A stretch of DNA of 64,000 bases from Amoebophrya sp. A120 (Eukaryota; Protista; Dinoflagellata). Made by a program: the position numbers and the translations under genes. This document shows positions 1 through 13,059 of the stretch, in pieces. Under the pieces are notes generated by a model. The model did not search any database and was not told where the DNA came from. It was given only the letters and a program-made list of their open reading frames with translations. The DNA is taken from positions 316,475-380,474 of the forward strand of contig CAJINV010000019.1 in assembly GCA_905178155.1 (NCBI GenBank), in the 5' to 3' direction. Position 1 is the stretch's first letter. The number at the start of each line of letters is the position of its first letter.

Positions 1-220
1 AAAATTGAAGCGCTTGCAATTATGGTAGCCAAGCATGACAAGTTTTTCAGACGCCTGTTGATGCTTAGCAAAGGCGTATACAAATCGCGTCTTTGCATGA
101 CAAAGGAAGCTCCTCTTCTGCTGCTGATGCAACACAGATTTTCCAGGAATGCAAGACACGCATTACAAGAAGTTCCACTTTATTTCCAGACCCAGAAATA
201 TATATAATTTGCATTTGATA
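1..220. mobile_element. Family A TIR element, truncated by window edge
   Basis: Right TIR TTCCAGACCCAGA...GCATTTGATA ends at 220. Confidence 0.8.
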
Positions 221-3200
221 CGCAGCTGCGCCCCCCCTTCGGACTGTTCACAAACTCGAGGCTGGGCTTCGTAAAGTCGCACCCGGTGATCAGATGCGGC
301 TTGTCCTTGCTATGGAAGCGTCAGGTTTGAAATCGACAAAGTTGAAATAATTTGCCATGCATAAAATGCAAGGCATGAAGTGCCTGTCTTGCAGGGATAG
401 CAAGTGAGGCGGATTGTGAGCCTGTTCAGGGCGGTTTGAAATAGAGCTACTAAACTCGCATGACAAAAGCAGTGCTCTGTGCCCAAACAGCATGACAAAT
501 TGGATTCCGGTACTCGGAAAGTTTGTCATGCGCCGCTTGATAAGTGGGCGCCCGACTCGACTGGTATCTGTTTTATGCATGACAAACTATTTCAACTTTG
601 ACGATTTCACACCTGACACATCCATACTTGCAGCCCTGCTCGTAATTCCCGTCCGTAGACAGGCGGTAAGGGCTTGTTCCGGACTCGCTGTCGGTCTCTA
701 GCAAGTGCGGCGGCGGGTCCCCAGAGAGTCCAAAGTACAAGAAGTCGTTACCCAGTCCGTTCATGATCATGGTTCCCGCACTCTGGCCTCCCAGCATGAG
801 CTCTGCCGAGTGCCAGCGCCGCGTCATTTCTTCCCAGTACGAGAGCAGAAACACGTCGTCGCCGGCATTCAGCTTCTCGTTCTTGGCATCGGCCATCAGA
901 TCGAACACGTTCCCTCCGCCGACGTAGTAATACGCCCCGTCGTTCGGGCCCTGGTTCTCGTTCTTTTCGTTTTCCGGCTCGTGTGTGGAGGGGGGGCAGG
1001 AGTCGGGAAACACCGACCTTTTGCACACAATCGTCTTGTCGTTGCGCGTCACAACGCCCCGCGACTGGAGCGGGAACACGGACTGTTGGGCGGTCTTCTT
1101 GTCAACATCCTTGTCGCTTTCTGGTGTCCCATCGTCGTCGAAAAAGGTCCAGTCAAACGCTTCGTCCCGCCAATCCCACTTGTACTGACCCACGGCATCC
1201 GCATCCCCGTCCCACACGGAGCTCACCTATCAAGTGCAAAAAATGTCTGGGTCTGGAAATTTGTGATGCTAAGTGTGGATGATGGAGACACTGGCCGCGA
1301 ATGCAGCCAAGCATGACAACTTTCCAGAAGGCTTCCTCATGCGCGGCCCGCATGAGAAACTGCATTCTTGTATGACAAAAGAGGCTGCGACTTTGGTTGG
1401 TCATGCAATACAGATTTCACAGGAATACAAGACCAGCATCACAAGTTCTAACTTTCCAGACCCAGACATATTTGCAATGGATATCACCCCCGATGGCACG
1501 ATCTTGACCTTCATGTTGTGACGGGGCAAGTGGACCCAATAGGAGAAGTATCAAATGTAAAAATGTCTGGGTCTGGAAGGATCCGAACTTGTGATGCTGC
1601 ATTTGGATGTCTAACAAATTTGTGTTGCACGAGCAGCAAAAGGATTCTAATTTTTGCTACGCGGAGAGGGCATTTGTCATGCGGAATAGGCATCAAGAGT
1701 CCCTCTGAAAACCTGTGAGGCTAGGGCATGCATGACAGACATCATGGCGGATGCAAACCGTGCATGACAAGTCTCAGAATCTTCCAGACCCAGACATTTT
1801 TACAGTTGATAAGAAGTCTTGGTAGTCGAATTCGCCGTGACTCAGACGCAACGCGTCGGTATCAAATGCAAAAATGTCTGGGTCTGGAAGTAGAGTGCAT
1901 TTTTGTCATGCTTGTCTGGCATGACTCTTAAATCTGTCATGCACGTTAGTACTACCCTAGAGCCGCATTTTTCTGTCATGTAGAAACGCAGTCTGTCACG
2001 CAGAGTAGGCAACATCTAGAAGGTCAGAAACTTGCCATGCTGAGCCAGCACTTGTGGCCTCCTTGTGATATATATTACGCCACCCAGCATCACAAGTTTT
2101 CAGACCCAGACACATTTGCAATGCATAGTCGGTGAACTGACGCAGCGAGTTTTCCACGTGGGATTGCAGTGCGTCCGTGAAGCAGCTCTTGACCAGCCAC
2201 TTGCCGGACTGCAGCTTCGTTTTGCAGTTTTCCGGCAGCTTCAACAGGCCCAGCTTCGCGTCTGGATTCATCACGATGTGCCGGATCCCCTGCGTGACGT
2301 TCACGCGCTTGTCGTCGTGGTCATCGCGATTCATGTAGTACTGCTCGCGAAACGTGTTCAGAAACGCGAGCGACAGCCCCGCATTGTTGATATCAAGTGT
2401 AAAAATGTCTGGGTCTGGAAGGATGTAACTTGTGATGCGCATTTCAGAACACACAAAAATCTCTGATGCATAGGCAGCAAAAGCTGCTCACTTCTGTCAC
2501 CAAAGTGGAGGATTTGTCATGCGGATTCGGCATTGCGGAAGCTTCTCGAAACCTGTGATGCTAGAGCTTCCATGCCAGACCTTCTGTATCATGCAGAAAC
2601 AGCATGATTCTTCCAGACCCAGACATTTTTACATTTGATAGTTGATCAGGGTGGACAATAGAAACCCGTACCCACTGCGTTTCTGCCTGTGGCTCAGCTT
2701 GAAGTAATAATTATCCACGTTGATGCGGTTGTCTAGAACACTCTCTGGGGCGTTCTCTTCCAGGCCGAGGCTGCGGCGGCCGTAGGCCTCTCGGCACACG
2801 GACGCCTTGTCTGACAGGTCGACATTGCCGCTCTCCACGTAGTTGAAGGGATCGTGCCCGACGGAGGCGCACTGGCCCATCTTGTCGCAGGTCACGGTGA
2901 TGTTCCAAATGCCCGCCTCACAAATCTCGTTCTCCATCTGGTCGATCAAACTTACCTCGTCGCACACCGCGGTTGTATTGCAATGAAAAATGCCCCCACC
3001 CCCGAACTTGATGGATACATCTGTATTGCTAACCTTTCCAAGTGAAACACTCGCCCTCTTGCATCTATCAGCATCACAGGTCTCCAATCGTGAATAGCAA
3101 AAATTTGAATTGCAAAAGACCCCAGCAAGAGCGGCGCTGGTCATGCAAGCGATGCGATACACGACTAGACTCTGCATCAGAAAGGTCCATAGATAGCCAT

Positions 3201-3943
3201 TGCCATACTCCTTTCATGCATGACAAAAAGCTTTCATTTGGAAACTTCGCATCACAATGTTTTGCAACTTTGGGGGTGGGGGCATTTTTCATTATAATAG
3301 GTCGTCGGGATTCGTTCGAACGGATCGTAGGGCTGCTTAAACGCGTCCACCTGGTCACGCGACAAGCTGAATGCGCAGTAATCTTCCGGGCCGGGCTATC
3401 CCACGAAAAAAGTGTTACAGTTACACATTTGTAGTTAATTCAGCAACGCAAATTTCTCTGCATGAGAGCGAAAACTTGTCTATGCGGAAATCCTACGGGA
3501 AAACACCTATGAAACGAGGCTCCTATGCGTATCCGGCATGACGCAGCTTGTCTGTCTTGCTTGGCCTGCAACACAATGTGTACCTGTAACACTTTTTTCT
3601 TCTGCGATACAGGTACGCGACACCGCTCCTTCGGAGGAAAATTGATGCAGTATTTGCACCCGGGTTTCGGACTCGCGGCGCAGGAGGCCGCGTCGCTCGC
3701 GTTCTCGTCACACTGAGGCGGGATGACGTCACCATCACCACGTGTATTTTTCTCCTGCTGCTCCTTGTGCAGACACAATTCCCTGGTTAAGGAGACCGCG
3801 GCAACGGTTTTCAGTTCGCCCAAGAACTGAATCGCCAGCAAGAGCAGGTTGCAACTACAACCGGTTGTACCCAGCAGAGCGGCTCGGGCTCGTCCCGCAA
3901 TTTTTGAATTTGCCGATGAGGATAACTGTGGCAGCGGAGACAT
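1..3943 (-). CDS. Cys-rich, probably secreted/surface hypothetical protein (3' end outside window), interrupted by 8 TIR elements
   Basis: ATG at 3943, hydrophobic stretch LLLLAIQFLG; at the junctions translated, removing element + one TSD copy joins the frames (CRVP|GPEDYCAF...IPTT|AVCDEV; EQGCK|DKPHL). No family recognised. Confidence 0.7.
311..626. mobile_element. Family C TIR element (TATGGAAGCGTCAGG)
   Basis: TIRs; TSD CTTGC/CTTGC. Confidence 0.9.
1228..1483. mobile_element. Family A TIR element (TATCAAATGYAAAAATGTCTGGGTCTGGAA)
   Basis: TSD TCACC/TCACC. Confidence 0.9.
1549..1811. mobile_element. Family A TIR element
   Basis: TSD AGAAG/AGAAG. Confidence 0.9.
1860..2127. mobile_element. 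Family A TIR element
   Basis: TSD GTCGG/GTCGG. Confidence 0.9.
2391..2640. mobile_element. Family A TIR element
   Basis: TSD GTTGA/GTTGA. Confidence 0.9.
2976..3299. mobile_element. Family G TIR element (TATT..AATGAAAAATGCCCCCACCCCC)
   Basis: TSD GGTTG/GGTCG. Confidence 0.88.
3397..3609. mobile_element. Family F TIR element (TATC...GAAAAAAGTGTTACAG)
   Basis: TSD CGGGC/CAGGT; frame restored. Confidence 0.85.
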
Positions 3944-5627
3944 CTTTTTGCTGTGTTAGTTTTTGAACAAAGAGTAAATGTTGATAGTTAGTCACGAAAA
4001 AACTACACCGCACGGCGAAAATAAAAGATCGCGATGATAGATTGTTAGAAGTTAACTTTTCCTCTACTTTCTTCGACTATGATCTTCCTTGTCTTTCAAC
4101 GGTTCTATTGACATTGATTCTCTAATCACGGTAAATATTTTTCAAAAACTAGAAACGTGAAGTGGACCGCTAAGCTGCATAATGCTGCAGTTTTTCCTTA
4201 CAGAGCTGCTGTGGCAAGATGGCTCGATGTGGCTGCAATGCGGTCGTGTTGTAGAGTCTTGTAGTAGGTCTCTATTCATTGGAGCGCGATAGAATGTTCT
4301 TGATAAATTGCAAGTAGAAATACAACAGTGCAAAGGTTGGTCCGCAATAAATCTGCTCAGCCCTTCACCTGCAGCCTACCACACAATCGCAACCACCTTT
4401 CTCTTGTTACAACCGACCTATAACAGCGACCGACTTTGTCGATTGTTTTACCCGACTTAAGTATTTTCGCACAACCGACTTCTCGAGGAGGTCAAAGGTG
4501 ACGATGCACCAGATCATGATGTCCAAAAACAAGTTTTAGTTGTGCATGCTTGTTCACAAAAAGGTCGTCCACATCAGAACGCAACTATACCGACTACGTT
4601 TTTTTATGTCCTGCAACACGAAGTAAAAGAACTCCTCGTACTAACGAGAACAGATTCTTAAAGACCGACGCTGCGGCCCACTGGATCAACATGCGCAAAT
4701 AAGTACTCTGGCGTGGCAGGAGATCACTGCAGAGAAGTGGAAGTAGTTCTTGCTCCGAGTACAACTTTTATTTGAAAAGAACTCTAGCAAGTAGTTGCAA
4801 AAGACGACCAACAAGTTTTATTTGTGGACTACTATTCGTTTTTGATTAAGGAACAGGGTCGTGAAAAAAAATACGAAAATCTGGCACGACCGACACTAGG
4901 AGTAAGTACTTAAGAACGAGCGCGACCGATCCTTCATTACTTCTTCTACTTTAGATTCACTGATCATGTCCAAATCTTTACGTGTCGAAGTCGATCTCAT
5001 TCTGTGCCAAAGGAGAGGATCCAGAGAGATCAATCATGGTGCATTTTCCATGAATTTGAAATCCGATTGATTCAACAGAATAGTACTTACACAGTGTCAC
5101 TGTCAGTATACGAGTTAGTGGGGACCACGACCAGATTGATCATACGCCGTCTAAATTAATAAGCCGTGTTCTTGCAAGAAAGGAGCAAGTAAGTTGTACT
5201 TCTGAAGCACAAAAAACTTGCAACGTCACCGCCGGCGTGAGCGCCGTCTCTACTGTTTAAAAGAACAATAATAGCAAATTGCAAAGCCACAGCTCCAGGT
5301 TTTCAAATTCAACAGTCGTGGTCGTTCATCTTTATTTTTTTAAACCTGTACCTTTTCATTGATTTTGCATTTCAGATCCTGTTCAACATCTGCTCCCCTC
5401 CCGCACCATTTAACCGCTGCCACGAAGATGATCTTACAAATAACCTAAACTGATAGTATCACTCTTCTGGAATACAGAAAAGCAGCTGTCCCTGTACGTC
5501 GCGGTATCAGTGTTCATAGCAGTAGAGAAGGTAACACCAGAACTAGCACACCACCTTCACAGCGCAACCACGACCAGTGAACACTTCTGCTTCGACGTTG
5601 TAGTCGACGACCACGTTCCGCCTACTT

Positions 5628-8600
5628 CTATCCAAACTTTCCCCTTTCAAGCATGGCGTACAGCTGCGCGCAGTGTTTTGCCAGCTCATTCTTCCCCCCG
5701 ACTAGCCCCGCAAACGAGTCGCCGGTTTCTGTGGCTTGAAACAGCAGCTGCTGCAGCTTGGTGATGCTGCTGCTCTGGATCTGTTGCAAAACCGAAGTTT
5801 TGCTGGTTACCATTGCCTTCATCCACTGGAGAGTGTTCAGCAGATTCGCGTAACTGTGTATCGTGCGAAAAAAATTATGCACTAGCTTCAATCGAAATTT
5901 ATTTAGAGACGATTTTGCAATTCATTGCCACAAGCACAACAATTAAAATGCAAATCGCAAATAATTGTTGCTAGCTTACTCGACATGACAAAGAAAATTT
6001 CCCACGGCATAGAAGGCGCATTTTTTCCTAGGAGGAAAAATTATGACACGATGGCTCCCTTGCCTTACATTTCTAAGTAGCAAGAAAAGAACATCATTCT
6101 GTGTTCTTGCGTCCTGCTCCTGTCTTACGTCACAAGTTTCAATACAGCGAAGCAGTGTTTTTGTCGTTTTCCTCCGATAGTATTCGGCTCATTTCTGTTT
6201 CGCTGCTTGAAATCCTTCGGCAAAAGTGCCGAAAGTAGTTGGAACAAATAGCTTGCGTGTTTCTGGTCCAGTGTTGCGGAGATGTTGTGACTGATTTTCG
6301 TCAACCTGTGCAGCAGTTGCCGCAGGCTCTGTTCGTTCCCGTTGGCAAACACCTTCGCGAACCCCGTGTTGACATCCCCCTCGTGCTGAATCAATTCCAG
6401 CGCCTGGGAGACACACTTGTCGAGGACCACGGGCTGGTGCTGGTGCTGCGGATCATAGTTCTTGTTCCCTGAAAGGTGATGTGATCCTCTCTGCGGATGC
6501 TGCTTCATCCCCTTCTGTGGCGAAGAACTGGTTCTTGCAGGGTGACCATCATGATAGCCTTGTTGTGCAGCTTGCGACATCTCCACATCCTGCGGCTCGT
6601 ACATGTCAAAAAAGGCGTTTGCTTCCTGATCTTCATAGTTGTAGTTCCTGCCAGCAGCACGAGTAGAAGTTCGTCCGCCTTGTTCCCGGGTGAGCACGCT
6701 GCTAAAACTTCCGCCCAAACTGGACCTCCGGCTGTTGCTGTTCACATTGTTGAACGAGTAGCTGTTCCTGGGGTGATGCTGCGGCGAGCTGGGGTCGCCC
6801 AACCGCGGAGGGGAGGTGACTAACCTTGCAGACGTAGTTGTTGGCCCCCGGGTGTGGCTGTTTTGTCTCTGGGAGGTGGCCAACAGCAGCGGGTTCGCCT
6901 CCTGGCGGAGAAGGAGGGATCTCCGTCGCGCTGCCGTCTCCTGGTTGTCGTCTACTTGCTCTTGCGCGGAGGAGGAATTGGATTCAGAATGGTCGTCAGC
7001 CTCGATGTTGCGCTGATCGAGTAGATCATCGCGTTGCAATAAATTACTTCTCCCAGCACCTCCTGCGCCACGCATCACCACATTCTCCGCGTTCAGGTGG
7101 GTTCTGATTTCGTAGTCCAGCAGACTTTCTGGGTCGCAGTTCGCGCTTCCATAGTGCAGCTCCGTACTGTTAGCGGAGGAAGAAAGATTCAGCTTTGTGC
7201 CACTGCGGCTGTTGACCCCTTCTTGTGCTGCCGGTATATGATGTGGTCCTTTGTTGCTGCTATTCCGTATTTCCGACTCGTTGACGGGGAGTTGTCCCGC
7301 CCGCCCAATGTTGGTGCTTTTCACGCGGATTCGGGAGAACAACTGCTGGTCTTCATCGAAGTCGTTGGCGTTTTTTTCGAAGCTGTTGCTCCCGATCACC
7401 CGCGGCTGGTCAAATTCTTGATTGTTATTGAACGCCTTGTGCACAAACTGGTTTTCTTGTTGAAACGAACCTTCTACTGGCCGCTCGACGGTTGCGCAGG
7501 AAGATCCGCTCACCGCCCGCTGGAGCACCTTTCGTTGTCAGTATGTGAAAGAACACGTTGCTTACCGTGTTGCATTCTCATAGATTCGACTTTACCAACG
7601 AAATACAACAGGAACAAGAACGAACTCTGGATAAACAAAAGTGGCAACTTGTCCGAGCAAGAAGGAGAGTAGCTGCGCCCAAGTCGTTTACTTACAGATA
7701 AAACGTGTCTACTACAACTGCGTCAACCTCAACATCATGAGAACAACCACTCCGGTTGTAGTACACTTATACCTTGCTTCCCTCCGCGTCCGACCCTGTG
7801 ACAACACCGCCCCCGGACCCCGTATCAAATGTAAAAATGTCTGGGTCTGGAAGAATGCAACATGTGATGCTAACTTTGGACTCTAGAAAAATCTGTATTG
7901 CATGACCAGCAAGAGGAGTCTAGTTTGTACTACGCGGGGAGGGCGTTTGTCATGCTGAGTAGGCATCAGGAAGCCAGCACAAAATCTGTGATGCGCGGTC
8001 GTGCATTACAGACATCCTGGGTCATGCAAAACATGCATGACAAATCTCAGAATCTTCCAGACCCAGACATTTTTACATTTGATACCCCGTTCCTCTGGAC
8101 GAAAAGCTTCCGCGGTGGCTTATAACGTGCTCAGGTGTTACAAGAATCTCAAGCGCTACAATAGAATCTGGAATTTGTGTTGCACAAATGCGTAACATCT
8201 GGCCTACTCCCACAGGATCGCGCATGACAAGTTAGTTTCGGAACTCCACACCCCATGAGAATTATGTGGCGAAATGTGTATTGCGAAAACGCCAAGTGTT
8301 TGTATGGTACTGGTGCTGTTCATGCAAGACAAATTCCAGACTCTATTGCAACAATTGAGATCGTAACACCTGAGCGGGCCATATGGCTCGACGAGGCGTT
8401 GTTCGTAGTTCCTCCTGCCAAAACCGCGTGGTCCAGCTTCGAATAGCTGTTCGAAGCGGTCCGCTTGCTCCCCGACTCGCGGCTGGCGGCTCGGCTGACG
8501 CTGCGATTCACCTATGAATTGCAAACATGTCTGGGCCTGGAAGAGTGTAACTTGTCATGCTAAGTCTGAATCATGCAAAAATCTGTGTTGCGTGACTACC

Positions 8601-11600
8601 AAAAGTTGTCCACTTTTGACCAAGTTGAGAGGGAGTTCTTTCTCATGGAGGACCGGCATGATAGAGATCTCAAAGAATCTGTCATGCTAGGTCCTGCATT
8701 CCAGACCTCACGGGTCCTAGACAATCTGCATGACAAAGCTAGCAATCTTCCAGACCCAGACATATTTGCATTTGGTATCACCAGCTCGTGCGCGATTTCG
8801 TCGAGCGGGATGCTGTGCGGCCCGAGGTTTTATGCGAAGAAAAAAGTGTTACAGTTACACACTCTGATGCAAGACCAGCAAGACAGACAACCTTTGTCAT
8901 GCAGGAAATGCTTTCCAGCCGCTGTTCATTCGCATTTTCCCTTGTAGTCTTTTGCTATGCAGAGCAACTTTGTGATGCTGAAATTGCAACACATGTGTAA
9001 CTCTAACTACACTTTTTCCTGTGATACGTTTTCCTCCCGCTGCAATAGTACTGCACCTTGGTCCGACGTAACCACTACCCCGCCGGGCGGCTGCGGCGGT
9101 TGCAGATGACTTGAGGAGGAATTAATATTCCGTTGTCCGGAATAGCTGTTGCTGGCCTTTCGGCTGCTGGTTGCGCTGTTGTCGATGACTTCTTCGGGGC
9201 CGTTGTAACTGTTCTGAAAATCGTCCTCCTCGTCGTCTTCCGGCGACAGACTCGGCAGGTTCTCATCCGGGTTCGGCAATAGACTTTTCGCAGCAGTGGC
9301 GGCATCCATGTTGACATAATTTTTTGATACACTAGTCCCGCCGTTTCTATTGCCACTGGACGTCGCTGTTCCCAGATGTTGATAGTCCTTGAAAGCTGCC
9401 GCCTTGCTGGATTCCAGCAACCCGTCGACCAAACTTTGCACCAGCCCCTTCTTGGAAAACTGCGCGTCTTTCCGGACCGAGTTCCGCATGGGCGCGGAGG
9501 GGACGGAGGTTGCGCTAGCGGGTTTTTGCCACACCTCCTGGCAAAACTTCAGGGATTTCCGCAAGTTGGCGCCCGACCTGCCCGCGGCCAGGCGCCAGAG
9601 GTCGAGGTTTTCCTCCGCCAGCGTGCCCAGTACGAGCGACCGGTGCTTGTCTACCAAGTGGGGCTGTTGGTTCTATCCTCAGCAAAAACGCCCCCGCGCT
9701 AGAGTTGTCATGCTAAAGGAATTGCAGCACACTTTGCCCCCCCTCTGCCCCAGGCCGCAGACGCCAGAGTTGTCATGCAAACGCGCCATGGCAGGAACAT
9801 TTGTAATGCGCAGCTCCATGAAAGGAATTTGTAATGCTGCAAACACGATGCGAAAATGCCTTTCTCATGCGGCTTCTCTTGCCAATCAGAACTACACTGC
9901 AGAGGGAAACTTGTCATGCACCGCTCCCAAAACTTGGAGATTTGTGTTGCTAGATTCCCAACTTGACTATACCACTGGGGTGGGCACGTTTTCGCTTAGG
10001 ATAGGTTCCCGAAATTCTTCAGCACGTACCGCCCGATCTGGCCGAGGAGCGCGGAACAGATGACGGCGAGGTCCTTGGTCAGCCAAAATTCCTCGGGAAG
10101 AGAGGTCGCAGGGTCGTTCTGGATATTGTTGTTTCACTTTTATCTCATACAGACGATTACGATGCTTGAATCAATTTTACATAGCGATGATCACTGTAGT
10201 CTACATTTATTTCACCTAGGTTTCAGAGACCGGGCGACGTGTATCTACCAAATGACAACTGAATTTCACATTCATGGAGCGCACCAGTACCATGTTCATA
10301 AATGTCTATACCTCCACCACATCTCTGCTTCCCCTTTGCGTCCCGCCCTTCCCCGCAACAAAATCCGGCTTCGCGCTCGGGCCGGACAGATGCTTCACTA
10401 GAACCGCGATTATCAACGTTAATTGCGAGCTCGTGAATTCCCCCGGCTTCCTTTCGAGCAACTGGGACAGAACGGTCAGGATGGGTTCGTGCAAGTCGTG
10501 CGCGGATTTGAGAAGTTGGAGCACCTTGTTCAGGTCCAAAAACGCCTCAATGCCGTACTCCACCAGCAACTGCTGCAGCACGAGCAGGAATCCTGATTAA
10601 AAACGTCCCCACACCAGAGTCATCTGCTAGACAAATCAACCCGCTTTGGTTGTTTGTTGGCATGACAGGTTTGTCCTCGTAGTGTAGTCCTGTTTTAGGT
10701 AGGTCAGCAGCATCACAGATCTATCATAGCATGCTGGCCCTACCATTACAAATTTCGAAACACGACTAGAAAATGCTTCTGATAGGGCTCCGCATCATCA
10801 TCATCATCATCATCATGAGAAACTTTTTTGGCATGCAGAATTGCATGACAACTCTGGGGTGGGGATGTTTTTACACGGGATAGCAGGCAGCCCTTCCTTT
10901 CCTGCAGACTCCGGCCGTTCTTTCGGCGCATCGCTCGGTCCAGAAGGAAATTCGTGAAGAGCTGAAAAGTGGCATCTGGCTCGCCAACCCCGGTTGTTTG
11001 GTCCTTGTTCGACGAAAGGTCGTACTGCGAGTCGTTGAAGGCACTGGAATTCGGATTCCCAACCCCAGCGCCAGTGCTGACCAGTGCCTTGTAGGTTTCC
11101 ACGACGCAGCGGCTGACCGCCGGGCAAAACTGCTCGTCCTTCAAGTGGTTTAACACGAACGACAAGCCCGCTCGCAGCTTGAAAAACGGGAACGACCCCC
11201 GCTTCGTCAGTTCCGGTAGGAGGAAAAGCAGCTCGCGCTTCGCGTGGTGGTTGCTCATGGGCTTCCGCTGGTTGAACGCCAGGTGCTGAAACTTCAGCAC
11301 GCTGTGCTCCGGGAAAACGCTGATTACCTGGCGAATCTCCGCGACGCCGCGCGGCCGGGTCGTGTGGTTTTCCAACTTCTCCAGCCCCGCGAGCAATTTC
11401 CGTTCCCACTTGGAGACGTTGGGCCCCGGGTCGCGCGAGCCCCACCGCAGCACCCGGTCCTCGTAGGTCTCGTGCAGCCGCTTGAAGTCTTTCGCTTCCG
11501 CCTCGGCGCGGTCGGGCGATCGCAGTCGGTGCGGCAGTCTCCGGCGCTTTTTCAGGAACTGGAACACCTCGTCGTCCCTGGAACCAGTTGCGTCTTCCTT

Positions 11601-11906
11601 ACTGCTCACCAAATTCACCTTTCTCGTTGTGGGTCTGCCGCGGGCCGCGGCGGCGGTGTTCCGCGGTCCGACCGGGGCGGTGGCCGGTCGTCGGGGCTGC
11701 TTGTTGGCGGAGCTGGGTTGCTGCGGTTGTGCGGCGCCGTAAAAATCCTCGTCGCTGTTGTACTCGTCGTAGTCATTGTAGTCGTGGTCTTGATCGTACG
11801 ACTGGTCGTAGTCCAGCGAATCCTCCACATTTGGCGGTACGAGTCGGGTGACCGCCGTTGGAGTCACTTTGTAATGCGGCGCGGCGGCAATGTTGGCCGA
11901 AGCCAT
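5628..11906 (-). CDS. TORTIFOLIA1/SPIRAL2-like HEAT-repeat microtubule-associated protein (putative), 6 TIR elements plus canonical introns
   Basis: N-terminal WERKLLAGLEKLENHTTRPRGVAEIRQVI and C-terminal ALELIQHEGDVNTGFAKVFANGNEQSLRQLL resemble the TOR1/SPR2 N- and C-terminal domains; long low-complexity linker between them. Confidence 0.5.
7823..8084. mobile_element. Family A TIR element
   Basis: TSD CCCCG/CCCCG. Confidence 0.9.
8121..8383. mobile_element. Family E TIR element (TATAACNNGCTCAGGTGTTAC)
   Basis: TSD TGGCT/TGGCT. Confidence 0.9.
8513..8777. mobile_element. Family A TIR element
   Basis: TSD TCACC/TCACC; right end GTA. Confidence 0.9.
8831..9026. mobile_element. Family F TIR element
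   Basis: TSD GGTTT/CGTTT. Confidence 0.85.
9674..10003. mobile_element. Family B TIR element (TATCCTGAGTAAAAACGTMCCCAC)
   Basis: TSD GGTTC/GGTTC. Confidence 0.9.
10589..10882. mobile_element. Family B TIR element with internal (CAT)n expansion
   Basis: TSD GCAGG/GCAGG; left end AAT. Confidence 0.88.
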
Positions 11907-13059
11907 TTTGAAGGAGGTGAAGTAAGTAAGTACTTGATTCTACTTCCAGGCTGCGGTGGTCGCTCGTGGTTGCAAGGGGTAGTAATTGCAACTCCGGAAC
12001 TGGGACTGGCTCGGCGGAGTGAGTGTAGTTGGCCGGAATTTATTCAGCAAAATTTGGCGGTGGAGAAGATGGATTGAGCACCTTCCCAAGAACAAATGCA
12101 GTTCATTTTTTAATGCAGTGAAAATTTTTTTCCGCTGCCGGTGAACTAGCAGCAGTGTGCACTCACAATTGATTCGACTATTAGCACAATCGACTTGAAG
12201 TGTGAAAGAAAAACCACAGACGGTAGAAAAATAAATTTGCAAACCACACATTCTCTACTACTCCTCATCACGACGAAACGACTTGAAGAAGCAACGAGAA
12301 AGAATGACGATGCGCATGCAGCATCGAGGCAGACGCACGCTTCTGGGCCCAATGGATCTCTCTAGAGAAGTCTCTCGATGGCGACTCTAAATAATGATGT
12401 ACGCCGATCTCCATCAAGTGCCGCCAGGCAACGATCATTTTCATTTCATTCATACTAAATATCGTTGTCCCGCAGGAGCGCGAAATGGAAAACCGACACT
12501 CCTCTCTCGAGATACTAGTACTACGCGATGAGGTTTTGGTATACTGAAATGATTTGAAGAACTACGATGCTCAACCAGGACGAGCCAGGGTGTAATTGAG
12601 TGAAAACGATGGATAGTATCGCAGCTGCGCAGTCGCCCAACACGAGGACCACAGCTTTCGCCATCCACCGCAATGGGCATCCACCCGCTGTCCGGTATCT
12701 CCATGCTGAAAATGTTGACTCCCGACTTCCTAATAGCGCTAGCACACGACCATGGAGAGAACTTAAGTTCTTACATTGGGTTGTTCTTGAAAAATTGCAT
12801 TTCTTTGAATTCGGGCATGATTTTTTACGTACAAAATTTAAAAGACAGACAGGTTAGCTCCGTTATCAGCCTTGCGCTAGCCGGCGTCTATTTCGTATGT
12901 CAACATTTCGTGTGTCTTCAAAATAGCCACTCACTGAATCCTTTTTATCAAAACAGCGAAATCATGCTAGCTCTACTGTGGACAAGAACATTGGCGAGTT
13001 CTACTTCTATTGCTATTCCAGATGCTTGCTTTCGTGGACGGCGTCTCGCCAATGAGTTA

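Noticed and set aside
1228-2640. CRISPR-like repeat/spacer appearance
   Set aside because: Repeats are inverted pairs bounding ~250-bp elements, spacers are coding exons, and there are no cas genes.
4000-5600. Possible small multi-exon gene
   Set aside because: Splice-like sites are present but I could not assemble a coherent frame or homology.
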